Both the position numbers and the translations under genes were made by a program. A stretch of DNA of 64,000 nucleotides from Hemiscyllium ocellatum (lineage: Eukaryota), in NCBI RefSeq assembly GCF_020745735.1, contig NC_083437.1:35712001-35776000 (forward strand), in the 5' to 3' direction. Of this stretch, positions 12,753 to 27,079 are shown in pieces. Each line of letters opens with the position of its first letter. Within the stretch, counting starts at the first letter, position 1. Under the pieces are notes generated by a model. The model had not been told where the DNA came from. It was given only the letters and a program-made list of their open reading frames with translations, and made no database searches.

Positions 12753-14615
12753 CTGAAAACACAATATTGATATTATAAGAGGCTTCCTGCATCTTTTCCA
12801 TTCACTATAAAATTACTTGTGAATACAGATATTGCACACCTTTAAATTTAGAAATTCCTTCCTCATAGGGAAGCTTTTGCCCTGGAAAAGTAAATAGCAA
12901 ATTAAGCATCATTACTGCCACAAAAGGATCCTGGTAGCATGCAAAAACGTTTAAAAATGATTTTTTTACAGTTACTGATGACCACAAAAGTATATTTTGG
13001 AGTAATTCGGTCCCTCAATGCTGTAGGAATGAAATAATTTCTAAAAGGTTCAAGAAAAGGCATCCTGAAATATGAGTACAGAGGCTAGGTTAGAAATTAT
13101 CCTACACCATAGTTATTATTCATTGTTTGTGCACTCAGTTGGGAATAATAAGAATATTTTGTTCACAATAACAAACAAATAGTTAATGGTAACTGAAAAT
13201 AAAACACATTGATTATTCCTGCCGTCAAAATTCTAAAACTCAAAAACCTAAAAGGTTATTGTAGAAGAGAAAAAAAATATAGAAGCCCCTTTAAATATAG
13301 TTCCCCTTTAAAATCGCTCATGACATTGCTGACATTTTAATTCTCAGCTTAAAAAAATATCAGCAGGAAATCATATCCTGAAGATCTATATTTATCTGCA
13401 GTTGTCGAGTTGTTGGGGAATCTTTGAATAAGAGTTCATTTGTGATACTAATATTTGCCAATGGAAAATGAGTATCAAATGTGCTTTGGGGTTGAAGTCT
13501 ACTTGCAAGTTTGCTGTCTACACCCATGCCCTGCTTATCAATTGTGTGAGCGAGATAAATTGTATATTTTAAGTAACAATAATTGTTTAAAAATGGCACA
13601 CAACTATGTCCTTGGCACTTGTTTTTCTGACTCCATCATTAGGAGTATTATAAAATTTACCAAGATCACCCATGATCTCTGAAGGCATTGATTTTAGTTT
13701 TCACTTTGTGATGAAACTTTCTTGCTTCTATTAAGTACTGTCAACATGTAGTAACAAAAATAGCTTCACTAAAGCTAATATTATATCCTCCTTTTGCCTG
13801 AATAGGTGATCCTCCATGAACAGGGTCACAAGTCTTTAGAAGGTTCATCCTCAGAAAAAGTGATGGAAGCAGTGTGGTCTTTGAATATTTTTAAGGCAGA
13901 GGAAGTTAGATTATTGATAAGGAAGGGGGCTGAAAGGTTATCATTAGGCAGATGGCAATGGGGACTAATCAGATCTGTCATGATCTTATTTAAATGGTGG
14001 CGCAGCCAAAAGGAGCAGTGGCCCAGTCCTACTCCTGATGGTTTTGAGCCTTTTCAGTGTTTTGGCCAAAAACAATCAAGGACAAACCATACATCACAAT
14101 AAACGTTTACTCCCTCCACCATCAGCCTGCAGTTGCTGTAGTATGTGCCATCATTATAGCAACTGGCCTAGGTTTTTGGAAGAGCACCTTTCAAATCCAT
14201 GACTTTTGCTGCTTGGAGCTACAAGGGAATACAATGAAATGCAAGCTCCCTCCATGTCACATGTTATCCTGACTTACAAATATATTGTGGTACCATTATC
14301 ACTGGGCCAAAATCCTGCTACCCACTACTTCAAATGCAGTGGGAGTATCTGCACCATACAGAAAGAAGTAGTTTCATAAGGCTGCTCACCAACAATGTCT
14401 CAAGGGAAATTAGGAAATCATTGACCCTGTCAGTGTCATCAACATCCAAGAATGAACAGAAAGTACTTTCTTTAAAGAAAAGGTGTGCATTAAAGAATAC
14501 TCACAGCAGTTTGATCGAAAAAGAACAGTGGCAAATATTTAAATTGACTGCTTATCGATTCTATTGAGCCAAAAAGAGCCAAGGGGTGCAGAGAAAAACA
14601 AAAGGAATATAGTAC

Positions 14616-14810
14616 CTTTCAGATGTTGGATCTTGGCAGTTCAGAGGATACTTTAGTTCAATTATGTCTCCATTCTTCTCTCGCAAGAGACCTTGTTGCT
14701 CTGTATAATACTGAACCAATTCCGCCAATGTTGCAAACTTTTCTCCTCCATAAAGGTCATAATAGTCCCCTGTATTCTGGATCTTGATATGTGTCACTTC
14801 TTCATTTCGC
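14616..14810 (-). CDS. ptpn11b: SHP-2-like phosphatase exon 3 (N-SH2): [65 protein letters not shown]
   Basis: 195 nt; cctcag|G ... AG|gtact; overlaps ORF 14561..14797. Confidence 0.97.
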
Positions 14811-14930
14811 CTGAGGTTTCAAAAAAAAATGGGTAGATTAACACAAAGGAAAACAAAATTAAACTATAACTGAGAAAACAGACAAAATCCACGTTTTTTT
14901 TAAAAAAAAGAGATATTTATTGGATCTTAA

Positions 14931-15297
14931 TAGAACATAGAACATAGAACAATACAGCACAGAACTGGCCCTTCAGCCCACGATGTTGTGCCGAACATTT
15001 GTCCTAGCTTAAGCACCTATCCAATTGCTGCTTAAAGATCGCCAATGATTCTGACTCTGCCACTCCCACAGACAGCGCATTCCATGCCCCCACCACTCTC
15101 TGGGTAAAGAACCTACCCCTGACATTCCCCCTATACCTTCCACCCTTCACCTTAAATTTATGTCCCCTTGTAACACTCTGTTGTACCCTGGGAAAAAGTC
15201 TCTGACTGTCTACTCTATCTATTCCCCTGATCATCTTATAAACCTCTATCAAGACACCCCTCATCCTTCGCTGTTCCAATGAGAAAAGGCCTAGCAC
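14931..15297 (-). mobile_element. CR1 3' fragment with (ATAGAAC)n tail
   Basis: ORF 15004..15297 LGLFSLEQRRMRG...FFTQRVV; possible TCTTAA TSD. Confidence 0.85.
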
Positions 15298-15951
15298 TCT
15301 TAAAATACTTATTGTTGAGGAACATGCAAGGATTAAAGCACAATTGTATATTTCCTAGTGTAACAACAAGATGACGTGGTAATAACAATATAACATTAAT
15401 ACTTTCTATTGTCTCCTTGTAATAAAACAATTTTTAGGAGCAACTCTTAAAACAATCACAAACGGCACTGTCTGAGTAGGTTATATCATAGTATAATAGA
15501 ATAAAAATAGGCTTTCATAAGCATATCAATTTTGATATGAGATAACATTTGATGCGACCATGTTAAAAAGTGGTATGGAGTTTTTGCAAGGCTTTCTTTT
15601 ACGTTAAACATAAGAAAGAAATAACTGATTTGTGTTGAGAAGTGCTCATGTACAACTCTTTTAACCTAAATCTTATTAGCAGAAATTAAGGGCAAAATTT
15701 TTCTTTTGGGAGGTGGTGAGGAGGGACAATAATTGGATGAGTTGGCCCCAAGAGATACTCATTACTTTCTTGCCAATCTATCAATTACCTTTTGCATGAG
15801 AAGGTTCATTGGGAGACGTTAGGCAATCAATTTAGACACTTGAGTGTTCAATTCACATGGGTCTCAATGTGCCATCTCCCTGATTATCACCTTCTGAGCA
15901 GATACGAATGGTACTGGATTTCCCAAATGAGTAACTAGGGTGATGTGCCTG

Positions 15952-15977
15952 GTGTGTGTGTGTGTGCGCGCGCGCGC
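15952..15977. repeat. (GT)n(GC)n alternating purine-pyrimidine tract
   Basis: gtgtgtgtgtgtgtgcgcgcgcgcgc. Confidence 0.9.
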
Positions 15978-16829
15978 AGGGTTGTACAGTTTGGTGTCTT
16001 CAATTGCTCCAACTAGCAGCCTTTGAAAGCGATGCCTGGGACAGCAGGGAGGCTGGAAGAACACAGCAAGCCAGGCAGCATCAGGAGGTGCAGAAGTCGA
16101 CGTTTCGGATGTAACTTTTCACAGTCGGGTCAGGCATGAGCCAACCACTCAAATTTCCATTTCATTTCTCTCACTTCTTGAAAAAGAAATCCAGCCCTAG
16201 ATTTTGCAGTTACATCTTGAACTTAAGACCTTTACTACTTGAAACCAAAAGCCATCAGTTTACAGTTTAGCCAATACAGATGATAGTTTACAGTAAAAAA
16301 AGTAAACTGGCTAGTTGATGAATATAACCTTAAAGTACTTTGCAACTGAGCATCTGGTAATGTTTCAGAGTAAGAGCTTAGAATCCAACAATATAACGTG
16401 ACACCATTATCTGCTATCTTGCAATGGGGTGATGAACAATACAAATACTTAGCTCAAGACAGGATGATCATATTTGTAGTTGCCACTCACTTTGAAATCC
16501 AACTGACTCCCTCACATAACCTATACCAGGTATCTTGCACAAAATAGAAGGAAATAAGTACTATACACTAAACATTGTTTAATCAAATTTCATAATCAGT
16601 GTGTGTGTTAAAGTTAAAAAGGACATTTTCATTTTCAATTGATATTTTCCAAATGCGAAAATGTAAACATCTTAGTGAAATTTGAAGACTCTGGATATGC
16701 TTAGCATTATTTAGTCTTGAAAACCTACAGCATCACACTATAAAAGATTTTGGGGGAAAGAAATTCAAATCAGATTTTCAATTATTTTCAAAGTGGGAAA
16801 GAAAATGTTTGAGTTAATAGCTGCATGAT

Positions 16830-17280
16830 TTCTGTGAGTAATATTCTTGGCTCCAGGAGTCAGAAGGTTGATGGCTCAAGTCTCACATCAGTGCTTGAAC
16901 ACAAAAATCAAGCTTAACATTTCAGCATTGTACAGGGGACATTGCACTATTTAAAAAGGTACTGATGGAGCGAATGATACGGTTCTAGGGATATTGTCTT
17001 TTCCAAAAGATGTTAAACTGATCCCCTATCAAATCTCTCAAGTGAATTAAAAATAGGTCCCATGGACATATTTTGAAGGAGATACTCCTAGTGTCTTGGG
17101 CTGATAAGTATCATTCAATCACCAGCAGAAAAAAAAGACATTATCTGGTCATTGTCATATTGCTATTTTTATATTGGCTGTTAGCTGCTGCAGCAGTGCA
17201 GGAAGTGTATGCTTCACAAGTATTTAATTGGCTGTAAAGCACACAAAAGGCAGATGTACATGCAAGTCTTTCTTTCTTGA
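16830..17280 (+). mobile_element. Old tRNA-derived DeuSINE-like element
   Basis: gagtcagaaggttgatggctcaagtc head; Deu-like core ttatctggtcattgtcatattgct; similar remnant ~25500-25900. Confidence 0.5.
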
Positions 17281-17713
17281 CTGAAATTAGAGCTGGGTAT
17301 CACATTGTACATTCTTTCACTCGCTCCTTCAATTGGTCAATCACACCAAAGGTGGGAAAGACCCCAAGAAACTTAAACAGTGTTATGGGAGGAGCTTGCG
17401 TAGGGAGTCAGCAGGAAGAAACATTTTTTCTGATTGAACCATACATGATTTGAGCAGACATAAACAAGCCTCTATTCTTGTACTTTTCACACCCATAAGT
17501 GTCATATTTGCATAAAGAAACCCAAATGTATGAATCTGGTAGTCACCCCATCAACTCAAGGAAAGGCCCCTTCAAAATGCTGGGTCCTGAACTATGAGCC
17601 TTAAAGCCCAAAGTCTACTATGTCTATTTCAAGGTCTTTCCTGCCACATTAATGGTAATCTCAGTCATCAAAATCTGCCTAAGAAAATCTAATTACGGGA
17701 ATAAACTGAAAAG

Positions 17714-18400
17714 GTTCATAGCTCCTTGAAAACGGAGTCGCAGGTAGGTAGGATAGTGAAGGCGGCATTTGGTATGCTTTCCTTTATTGGTCAGAGTATC
17801 GAGTACAGGGGTTGGGAGGCTACATTGCAGCTGTACAGGACATTGGTTAAGCCACTGTTGGAATACTGCGTGCAATTCTGGTCTCCTTCCTATTGGAAGG
17901 ATGTTGTGAAACTTGAAAGAGTTCAGAAAGGATTTACAAGGATGTTGCCCACAATAGAGGATTCAAGCTAAAAGGGAGAGGATGAATAGGCTAGGGCTGT
18001 TTTCCTTGAAGTATCGGAGGGGTGAGGGGTGACCTTATAGAGGTTCATAAAATCATGAACGGCATGGATAGAATAAATAGACAAAGTCTTTTCCCTGGGG
18101 TGGGGGAGTCCAGAATTAGAGGGCATAGGGTTAGGGTGAAAGGGGAAAGATATAAAGGGACTTAAGGGGCAACATTTTTACACAGAGTGGTACGTGTATG
18201 GTATGAGCTGCCAGAGGAAGTGGTGGAGGCTAGTACAATTGCAACATTCAAAAGGCATCTGTATGGTAAATGAATAGGAAGGGTTTAAGAGGGATATGGG
18301 CTGGGTGTTGGCAGGTGGGACTAGATTGGGTTGGGATATCTGGTCGGCACGGATGGGTTGGACCAAAGGGTCTGTTTCCGTGCTGTACATCTCTGACTGA
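17714..18400 (+). mobile_element. 5'-truncated CR1/HER1 LINE
   Basis: ORF 17726..17971 LYRTLVKPLLEYCVQFWSP; 3' UTR to gctgtacatctct. Confidence 0.88.
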
Positions 18401-21400
18401 GTTACATCACTGACAAAAAGTGAAAGTTATCAAACTCTGATATTTTCAAATGTGAAAAATGTTCTAATATTCAGAGAAAATGCAAAAGTATCTAATCACA
18501 GTATGCAGCAAACAAAGAATATTGGGTGCTTAACCAGAAACATTTTCCCAGAATCAGATGCCTTTAGGTCAGTTCTAAGCTGTGGGCCCAACAGTTCACA
18601 ATCAATAATTCAAGTCTACATGAGGCAGCTATGTATTAGCAACATTACTAAGCAATCTAATTGACTGGAAATAAAATTCCTTCCAGACTTTCTTTTACAT
18701 TTAACATGAAATCAACTTTTAATATTAATGATATGTTATGTATTGTTTGCTTAAAAATGTTTTATTAGCAAATGGTAATACTCATTGGACCACACTTGTA
18801 GCAATAAAAATACAAACATTTACTACATTGAATACTGAAATTTAATCTGAATAATTTTGAGTTGTCACACAAATCACACATCAAGCAAGCATTCTTTTTA
18901 AGTTCTCCCAATAGGAATAACTAATGTCATTTTTTTGTATTTCAGTATCATTTCAAGATGTTAGTACTTTGACACTCTTACATAGTATAGTGTAGATGTA
19001 CAGCCACCAACTATTCAGCTCAATAATGCAAGCTGCCTTTAAGTTCTAAAGGCTGAAAATAACATTTCAGATGATAACTTTTAATAAAGGATCTAGACCT
19101 GAATCTGTACACATGCTATCCTTTGCTGCTGCAAATGCTGTGAATTACCCCTCTGCAATATAAACAGGTTAGATTCCACAATAGCTGAATCTCAAAAAGT
19201 GTTACATATCTTAAAGTAACACAGTAATGCATCCAATGAAAAATACATTCCTTAAGTAGTTTGATACTTATGGATGTGACATCACCTTCTTCACATAGAA
19301 GTACTTAAACCAAACTCAGGACTTTATCATCTGAAGCACTGGAAGTTAACTGGGTCAATTCTCGAGTGGATGTATTTATATCAATGCTTTGCTATGTATA
19401 GAAAATGGAATTGAGAAATAAAAGAGAAAATAACCATTTGCTGTAGAATGGATTTGCACAGTAATTAACTTTTGTTTTTCTCCATCCATTTCAAAATGAT
19501 TACTGATAGCTAATATTAAAATATCTCCAGATTACTTAACGTTTACTGAGGTAGTAATTCAGCATTTTAACACATTGTTCACTAATTCTTTCAGACAGGC
19601 AGATAGGAAAACCATGTGAATGCAATAACCAGTTATCATGAGGAATCATGATAATAGCAGTCTTTGGACTTTGTTGAATTGTCAAAGTCTTTATTTTCTT
19701 CCAACTAATACCTAATATTACTAGGCTTAAGTTCTTTCATTCCTATTCTTTACATTATTATAGAAAATTATATAGAAAGATTAATTGTGGGAATTTTCAA
19801 CCTGCATCAAACCTGGCCACAAAGTTGATGGAGCATACTATCATATAGGCAACTGAAAGAGTGAGTGAGAGAATACACACAGTCACATCAAGGTTGGGAA
19901 AAGCCCCAAGATTTTTTAAACTGGATCATGGAAGGTCTTTATGTAGTGGTTCAGTAGTTGGAAAAATTTTCAACTGATACGTAAAGGATATCAAAGCACA
20001 TAGTCCTCAAACTGGGGAATGTTGGCTTAACCAGTAGATGCTTGCAAGCTTACGTTGAGAATCTGGCAACAGTGCTGGAAAAATCAATTATTTGACCAGG
20101 CTTATTTTGGTTAAGTGCTTACTTGCAGTTCAGTTATTATTTGCACATCTATAGCCCTAGTACTCATGAGCTTTTCTTCAATTCCACTGCTGCACTCATT
20201 GCTGAACTTCATTCTGCAGCCACTTCGAACCTTTGCTTCTGATCCCATCACTTCTTCAAACCTATTTTTTCCTTTATAGATTTGAGATGGATTCCATTCT
20301 GATATGAACAATAATCATATCCACATAATAACAGGCTCCCTTTCTTCTTGAAGTGTGAACAGGATATGTCAGCTTTCACTCACATTATTTCAAGTGCTAG
20401 CTTACAAATTTACAGCTCAAGTAGAGGGTCAATTAAAAGGGTCTGTAGCAAGTGAAACACTGGATATATTTGCAGGAGTTCATTACATAAGCATTTGTTC
20501 TTCATGAATTGAAAATGTCACTATCAATGAACAACCTACTTAGCATTTTATTTGAAACATCAGCTGTGTTAACCCCTGGACTTCATTTGTTTCCCCAGAA
20601 CAGGCTATCGTCCAAAAAGGCTGGCAAGAAGCAGCCAACTGGTATTGGGCAGGTTAGAATCACAATTGTAAAGGGATTGCAGGGCTCATCTTTTCTGTGA
20701 AAAAAGGGGCATGGGAAGCAAAAGGTACAGACTGTGTCAATATTGTAGCAAGCAAGGGTATGGAAAAGTTAATGCTAAGGAGTGCCTTAAGCATCACTTA
20801 CTAAGCTGCCACACAGGTTTAGGTGAAGAGCAACTTCTGATCTCAAAGGGGGTAAGACTTACCATTTGGGTCTCAGTCTCTGAAGCAATGTCCATCACAA
20901 ATGTATAATTTGTACTTGGTTGCCGTCATCCATCTTGCACAAGACAACAGCATCTTCTCAATAGGCTGCAGTTTAGTTTTCTACCACATTAAACCAGGCA
21001 AGCCCTGCATATCCCTACCTAGAAATGGTTCTGGCAAAAATATACCTTATTGTGAGTAACAGTACAGAGAGTTCATAAACTATAGTGAGCAGCAAAACAG
21101 ATTGTTCACACAACTGTAGAGAACATAGCAAATTAATCCTGCTCCTCCTGGTCTCAATCAGGAAATTTTCTGACTTGCTTTACTGGTCGTTTTCTTTTTA
21201 AAACCGAGTTGTCTTTGGTAGTTAGATCACCCAGGCAAGCTAAGCATAATTTCTAGTCCAATGAAATCATAGGACTTGGTGTGAATGTATTAATGAGGCC
21301 TATACCCAAGTCAGATGGATGCCTCATCAGGTTAAGGGCCTAATTAAGATTTTAGCAAACAAGAATCAAGTTGGAATGAAGCAGTAAGTCTTTACCGAGA

Positions 21401-23964
21401 CGACTTAACTGCATGGGCACATACCATTTGCAGAGGCAAGTTGTTTAAAATTTCCACACAACAGCTGAACCATAAGTACTGCTAGTGTTTTCTCTCTACA
21501 TGGGCTACCTAGTTGAAATTATTTTCTCTTATAAAAACAAAGTGCTCAGCATGTCTTGCGGCATCAGTAGAGAAACTGAGTTAACCTTTTGAGTTCTTTG
21601 GAATTCATTCTCTTATTTGTTTATCATACACTCTGGCATCAATCAGCCATGAAACTTTTTTTAACCTCATTAACTATTTCTGCATTTGTTTTAAACTTGT
21701 GCCCTTTTGTTCCACTTCAACAATCAATAACTGAAATAATCATGCACATTGTCATAACATCGAAGATCCTTATCAACTTATCCCCAGTGGAAAAGTAAGA
21801 GAAATCTGGCTTCACACATTTGTCTTGTTATTGCAACTGATAATTCTTGGCAACACCCTAGCAAATCTAAGTGTAGGTTTTCCATTGCAAGTTACTTTTA
21901 TTATTTCCTTCTTAAAATGGGGTACCCATTTAAAACGGAACGAAATGTTGCAAATATGCCATTACTAAAAATTACGTAAATCAACAGTATCTCCTTGCAA
22001 ATTAAATGTTTGTCATTTGTTTGTAGTAAATGAATTTGACATTTATATTACACAGAGGAAAATATACCTCACAAATACAACTATAAACATTTATCTATGT
22101 TTTATTCCAAATTCTAGCAATCTCCCTTATTTTGTGGTATCCGCATACCCAAAACAACAACATATTTCAAATGGTTGACATGGTATTCAAATATTTAGTT
22201 TAAAATATATTCTGTAGTTCAAACAGATTATAAACAGGATAGGAAAGGGGAAGTAAACAGCATGCATTCAACAATGTTTGTACTTTAGAGCCTCCTCACC
22301 AATCATATTCTTTTTTGATCTTATGAATGTATTGTTTGAAGTCCCGATTTGAACTGGAAAACAGCAGAACATGACTGCAAACGCATCCTTAAAAAGAACT
22401 TTTAACTGAGTGACAAAGACAACTTTATAGAGAATATCAAATCTAGTATTGCTCCTGATTTGAATGTGTGATAAAATCATTTAAGGGCAAACCAAATGTC
22501 CTACACAGGAGCAGAGACTGGTCTAAGACTAAGCCAAAATTGATCCTTGCCTCTTATTTCAATATTTTGAGTTAATCATGAGTGCCTATCCTGTCTCTAG
22601 TCAGCTAATCTTTCAGGTCACCTTCGATTTCTATCTGCCATGCCACAAATCGTGCTGACAGCCAGAGAAAATTTAAGCAAAGGAAAATATATATCGGTGA
22701 TGGCCTCCAGCCATCCCTTTGGACTAGATGTAGACTAGGTAACCTTCAACTCAGCAGCCCCAGTGACTGAACTGCTCAAAAATATATTTCTGGATTATGT
22801 CCTAATACTGACATTAAATTCCCTTATTAGAGTCAAATGATTGTTTTATGTACTCTCTCAAAATGCCATTACATGGCAATCCAATCAAAATTCATGAATA
22901 TGTTTCCAACTTTGTGTGGCTACAGGTGATTGGCCCTCCAAATAGGTCTTTTGTTTCCCCACTTTCCATTCAGAAAATATATACAATAAAATTCAGTTTT
23001 ACCCCACTGTGTCATTTGCAGATCTAATTATGAACGTAAGAATATAATCTACCTTCTTTATAACATGACCATAAATAAAACCTATAATTAATAGGTTGTG
23101 TCTGGTCCATCTAAATTGGAAAGTTACTTATTTCTAATATTCATTTACCAAGTTCAATAATCTTTATATACACAAAAATTGCTGACAAAGCTCAGTAGGT
23201 CTGGTAGCATCTGTGGAGAGAAATCAGAATCAATTTTTCAGGTCGAGTGATCCTTCTTCAGAACTGGTTCTGCTCCTCTCTCTGACAAGATTTTTGTTGC
23301 AATATTTTTACCTGTTCATCGTCACTAATTTCACTGTTGTTCCTGGTGTTTGACAAGGTATTTGCTAAAACTTGTTTCCATAGCCACATCACATTCCTCA
23401 GTGGCTGCCTCTGGCTCAGACTCACCCCACATGGATTCCAACTCATTAATCATATTTGGTTTTATTGGGATTATACATGGAAGAGTTCAGTTAGGAAGAA
23501 GAACTGATCCTTGCTTGATCATACCTACACTGGAAGTAGTTCAGAGGAGGTTCAGTATGATGAGAGTGAAGAATTTTGTTGTATGAGGAAGGATTAATCA
23601 GGTTGGGCCTATACTCATTAGCAGTTTAAAAGAATGAGGGGTGATTTTATTGAAACACAACATTCTGAAGGGACTTGATTGTATAGATGCTGAAAAAAAA
23701 TGTTTTTCAGCATGGGGGATATCTGGAACTAGGGGCACAGTTTTGAAATAGAAGTACTACCATTTAAGATGGAGATGAGGAAGAATTTTCTTTTCGCAGA
23801 AGGTTGAAAATGTATGGAATTCTAAGGTGAGTCAAGGGTTACAAGAAGTGTTAGGAAAGTTGGGTTAAGGCCATAATCAGGTCAGGCAATAATCTTACTG
23901 AATGGTGGAGCAGGCTCAAATGGTTTAAAGATCCTACTTTTGCTCCTTCTACTAAAATACAAGT

Positions 23965-25392
23965 TCCCACAAGAAGAGACTGACCCGAACACAGTGCCCA
24001 GTTATGCACTAAGATTCTGTGCTGACAGCTGGTGGGAGCTTTCACTCACATTTTTAACTTTTCCTTACTTCAGTCTGGTCCACACCTGCTTCAAAACAAC
24101 AATTCTCATCCCAGTGCCAAATGAAAATCATGCTGAGTGCATCAATGACTCCCAACCACTGTCTTTGACCTTCGTAATAATGATGAAGTGTTTCAACAGA
24201 TTAGTTATGGCTTACCAACTCCAATCTACCAGATTGCCTTGATCCTTTGCAATTCATCTACTGGTACAACAGGTCCACAGCAGATGCCATCTCCCTGGCC
24301 CTACATTCATCGCTAGAACATCTGGAAAGCAGGGGTTCTACTTACTTCAGGGGTCCTACTTATTGACTACAGCTCCGCCTTCAACACCATAATTTCAAAC
24401 AAAATCATTGCCAAAATCTGAGACCTACGTCTCAATTCCCCCCTCTCTAATTGGATCCTCAACTTCCTGATCCATAGACTGCAATTAGTATGAATAGGAG
24501 ACAACTCTTCCTCCACAGTACTCTTCAACACCAGTGTCCCGCAAGGCTGCATACCCAGCACCAGACTGTACTCCAGATACACTTCATGATAATGTGGCCA
24601 AATTCCAATCGAATTGCATTTACAAGTTTGGTGACAACACCATTATTCTCAAACAATGACGAGCCAGAGTACAAGAATAAGGTTGAGTGTTTAGCCACAT
24701 GGTGTCAAGACAATCTCCACCAATGTCAGCACAACAAAGGAGCTGGCCATTGACTTCAGGAAGCGAGTGGAAAGTGGTTGAGAGCATCAAGTTCCTGGAA
24801 GTGATGTTCACCAACAATCTATCCTGGTCCATCCACGTGGGCATGATGGTCATGACGGTCTACTTCCTCATGAGGATAAAGGAAATTCAGCAGGTCCACA
24901 AAGATTCTTATCAAATTTTATAGATGCACCATAGAAAGCACCCTTTCTGGGTGCATCTCAGCAGGATATGGCAACTTCTCTCCCCAGACCACAAAAAACT
25001 ACAGAGATTCTTGAACACATCCCAGTCTATCACGCAGACATGCCTCCCATTCATTCACTCCCATTATACTTCCTGCTACCTCTGGGAAACGACCAAAGAC
25101 ACCTCCCACCCCAGTTATACTCTCTACCACCCTCTTCCATTGGGCAGAAGATAAATTTTGAATGCACGTATGAACAGCTTCAAAAATAGTTTTGTCCCCG
25201 CTGTTATCAGAGTTTTTAATAAACTTCCGAATTTTAACATCTCTCTCTCTCTCTGCACTTTCTCTGCAGCTGTAACACTGTATTCTGCACTCTGTCCTGC
25301 TACCTCATGCACTTTGTGTGGTACAATAGGTCTATAGAATTGCAAAACAACACTTCTCACTGTATCTCAGTACGTTGAAATAATAAACCAAA
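23965..25392 (+). mobile_element. Rex1/Babar-like LINE, degenerate
   Basis: DYSSAFNTII, LSNWILNFL, PQGC and KFGDNT motifs; 3' aataataaaccaaatc tail. Confidence 0.7.
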
Positions 25393-26761
25393 TCATGAAC
25401 CCTCAGGATGCCAGTTAACTGCTAGTATTACAAACAAATTACATAGTATCCTTTATAAAATTTCAGCGTGTGGACACAATAAGCATGCTGATCCAGGTTA
25501 GCTATGACTCAGTGGATAATAGAAATGACCAAGTCAGAATGCTGTGGATTCATAATCAATCCTAAGAATTGAGTACACTAATCTAGTTGGCTGACACTTC
25601 AATGAAACATTAACTGAATGCTGAATTATTGGAAATGGCGTCTTTTGAATGAGCTGCCAACAAGTGGCCTCAGCTACCATCATAGAACCCATGGAATATT
25701 TACAAAGAAAAGTCGGGAGCTAGTGATGCCCAGACCACTGTTTTTCTCAATCAACATCATATATTATTGAATAGCTATTTTAGCAGCTTGCCAGGCACAC
25801 ACTGGCTGCTGATTCCTATATTGTATTTGCAACCACATTTTGAAAGTATTTCATTGGTTATAAAGGTGCAATGGAGGCAGTGAAAGGTGCTATATGAACA
25901 CAATTCATTTGCAGAGTATTTGACTGGTGAATGCCTCATAACCAATTGGTTTAACCATCAATATTCATTTGCCTTTAGTAACTGCATTATCAACTGATGC
26001 TCATTAATATAAACATGAACTATAATTTCTTTCAATAATATCTTAAACATATAATGAGTAAGACAACAAAGAATGAGGATTTATAGAACATTCAATTCTA
26101 TTATTTTCCATTATAATATAAACTAAAATGCTGTACCTATCTTTAAATCCAAAAATATTTATATGTTGCATTTCAATGAACTAAAGTCAAATTAAAATGA
26201 GAGCAGCCTCTTTTAGCTCTAAAATTTACTTGGATTTTTTGAAATCGCAATAAAAGAAATTAAGAAATATTATCTTTTAATTGCTTGAATTGTGCTGATC
26301 ATATACTCATTTCCGCCACCCACACAGGACGTTGAGCCACAAGAGATAGTAGGAACAAAAAGTATAGATTACATCAATTCCTTCATTGGTTGTAAATGAA
26401 AATATTGAAGTAAGGAGATTTTTGAAGACAGTAAAGTGACTATGAAACTGTACATAATAGCAGAAATTGGGTTTACATTAAAATTTCTCATGGTAATTTT
26501 TCCAATTTCAGATGGATACCATCACAAGGTGATGTCAGCCAACATTCAAGCATTAAATCAATTAGAGAAAGAGAAAAAGAAAGAGAAAGAGAGGGGGAAG
26601 GGGAGACAGACAGACAGACACACAGGTGTTTGCGTCAGACATAAATTTGTATGTGCAAAGCTATTGAACAGAGGGAAATATTGACTTTTAAATGCAATTA
26701 TATTGTTCATGCTGTTACATTAATTGCACAAATTGGTCAAAACAGGAATGAACCATAATAC

Positions 26762-27079
26762 TTAGATTTTTTTTAGATTACTTACAGTGTGGAAACAGGC
26801 CCTTCGGCCCAACAAGTCCACACCGACCCGCCGAAGCGCAACCCACCCATACCCCTACATTTACCCCTTACCTAACACTACGGGCAATTTAGCATGGCCA
26901 ATTCACCTAACCTGCACATCTTTGGACTGTGGGAGGAAACCGGAGCACCCGGAGGAAACCCACGCAGACACGGGGAGAACGTGCAAACTCCACACAGTCA
27001 GTCGCCTGAGTCGGGAATTGAACCCGGGTCTCAGGCGCTGTGAGGCAGCAGTGCTAACCACTGTGCCACCGTGCCGCCC
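26762..27079 (-). mobile_element. HE1-type V-SINE, young, full length
   Basis: Minus strand GGGCGGCACGGTGGCACAGTGGTTAGCACTGCTGCCTCACAGCG head, B-box GGTTCAATTCC, V-domain, LINE tail and AATCT repeat; CpGs retained. Confidence 0.92.

Noticed and set aside
14561-14797. 78-aa ORF as a standalone SH2 microprotein
   Set aside because: It is exon 3 read through its splice donor; the GTG start is internal.
26990-27079. tRNA gene
   Set aside because: The tRNA-like part is the head of a SINE, continuous with the V-domain and LINE tail.
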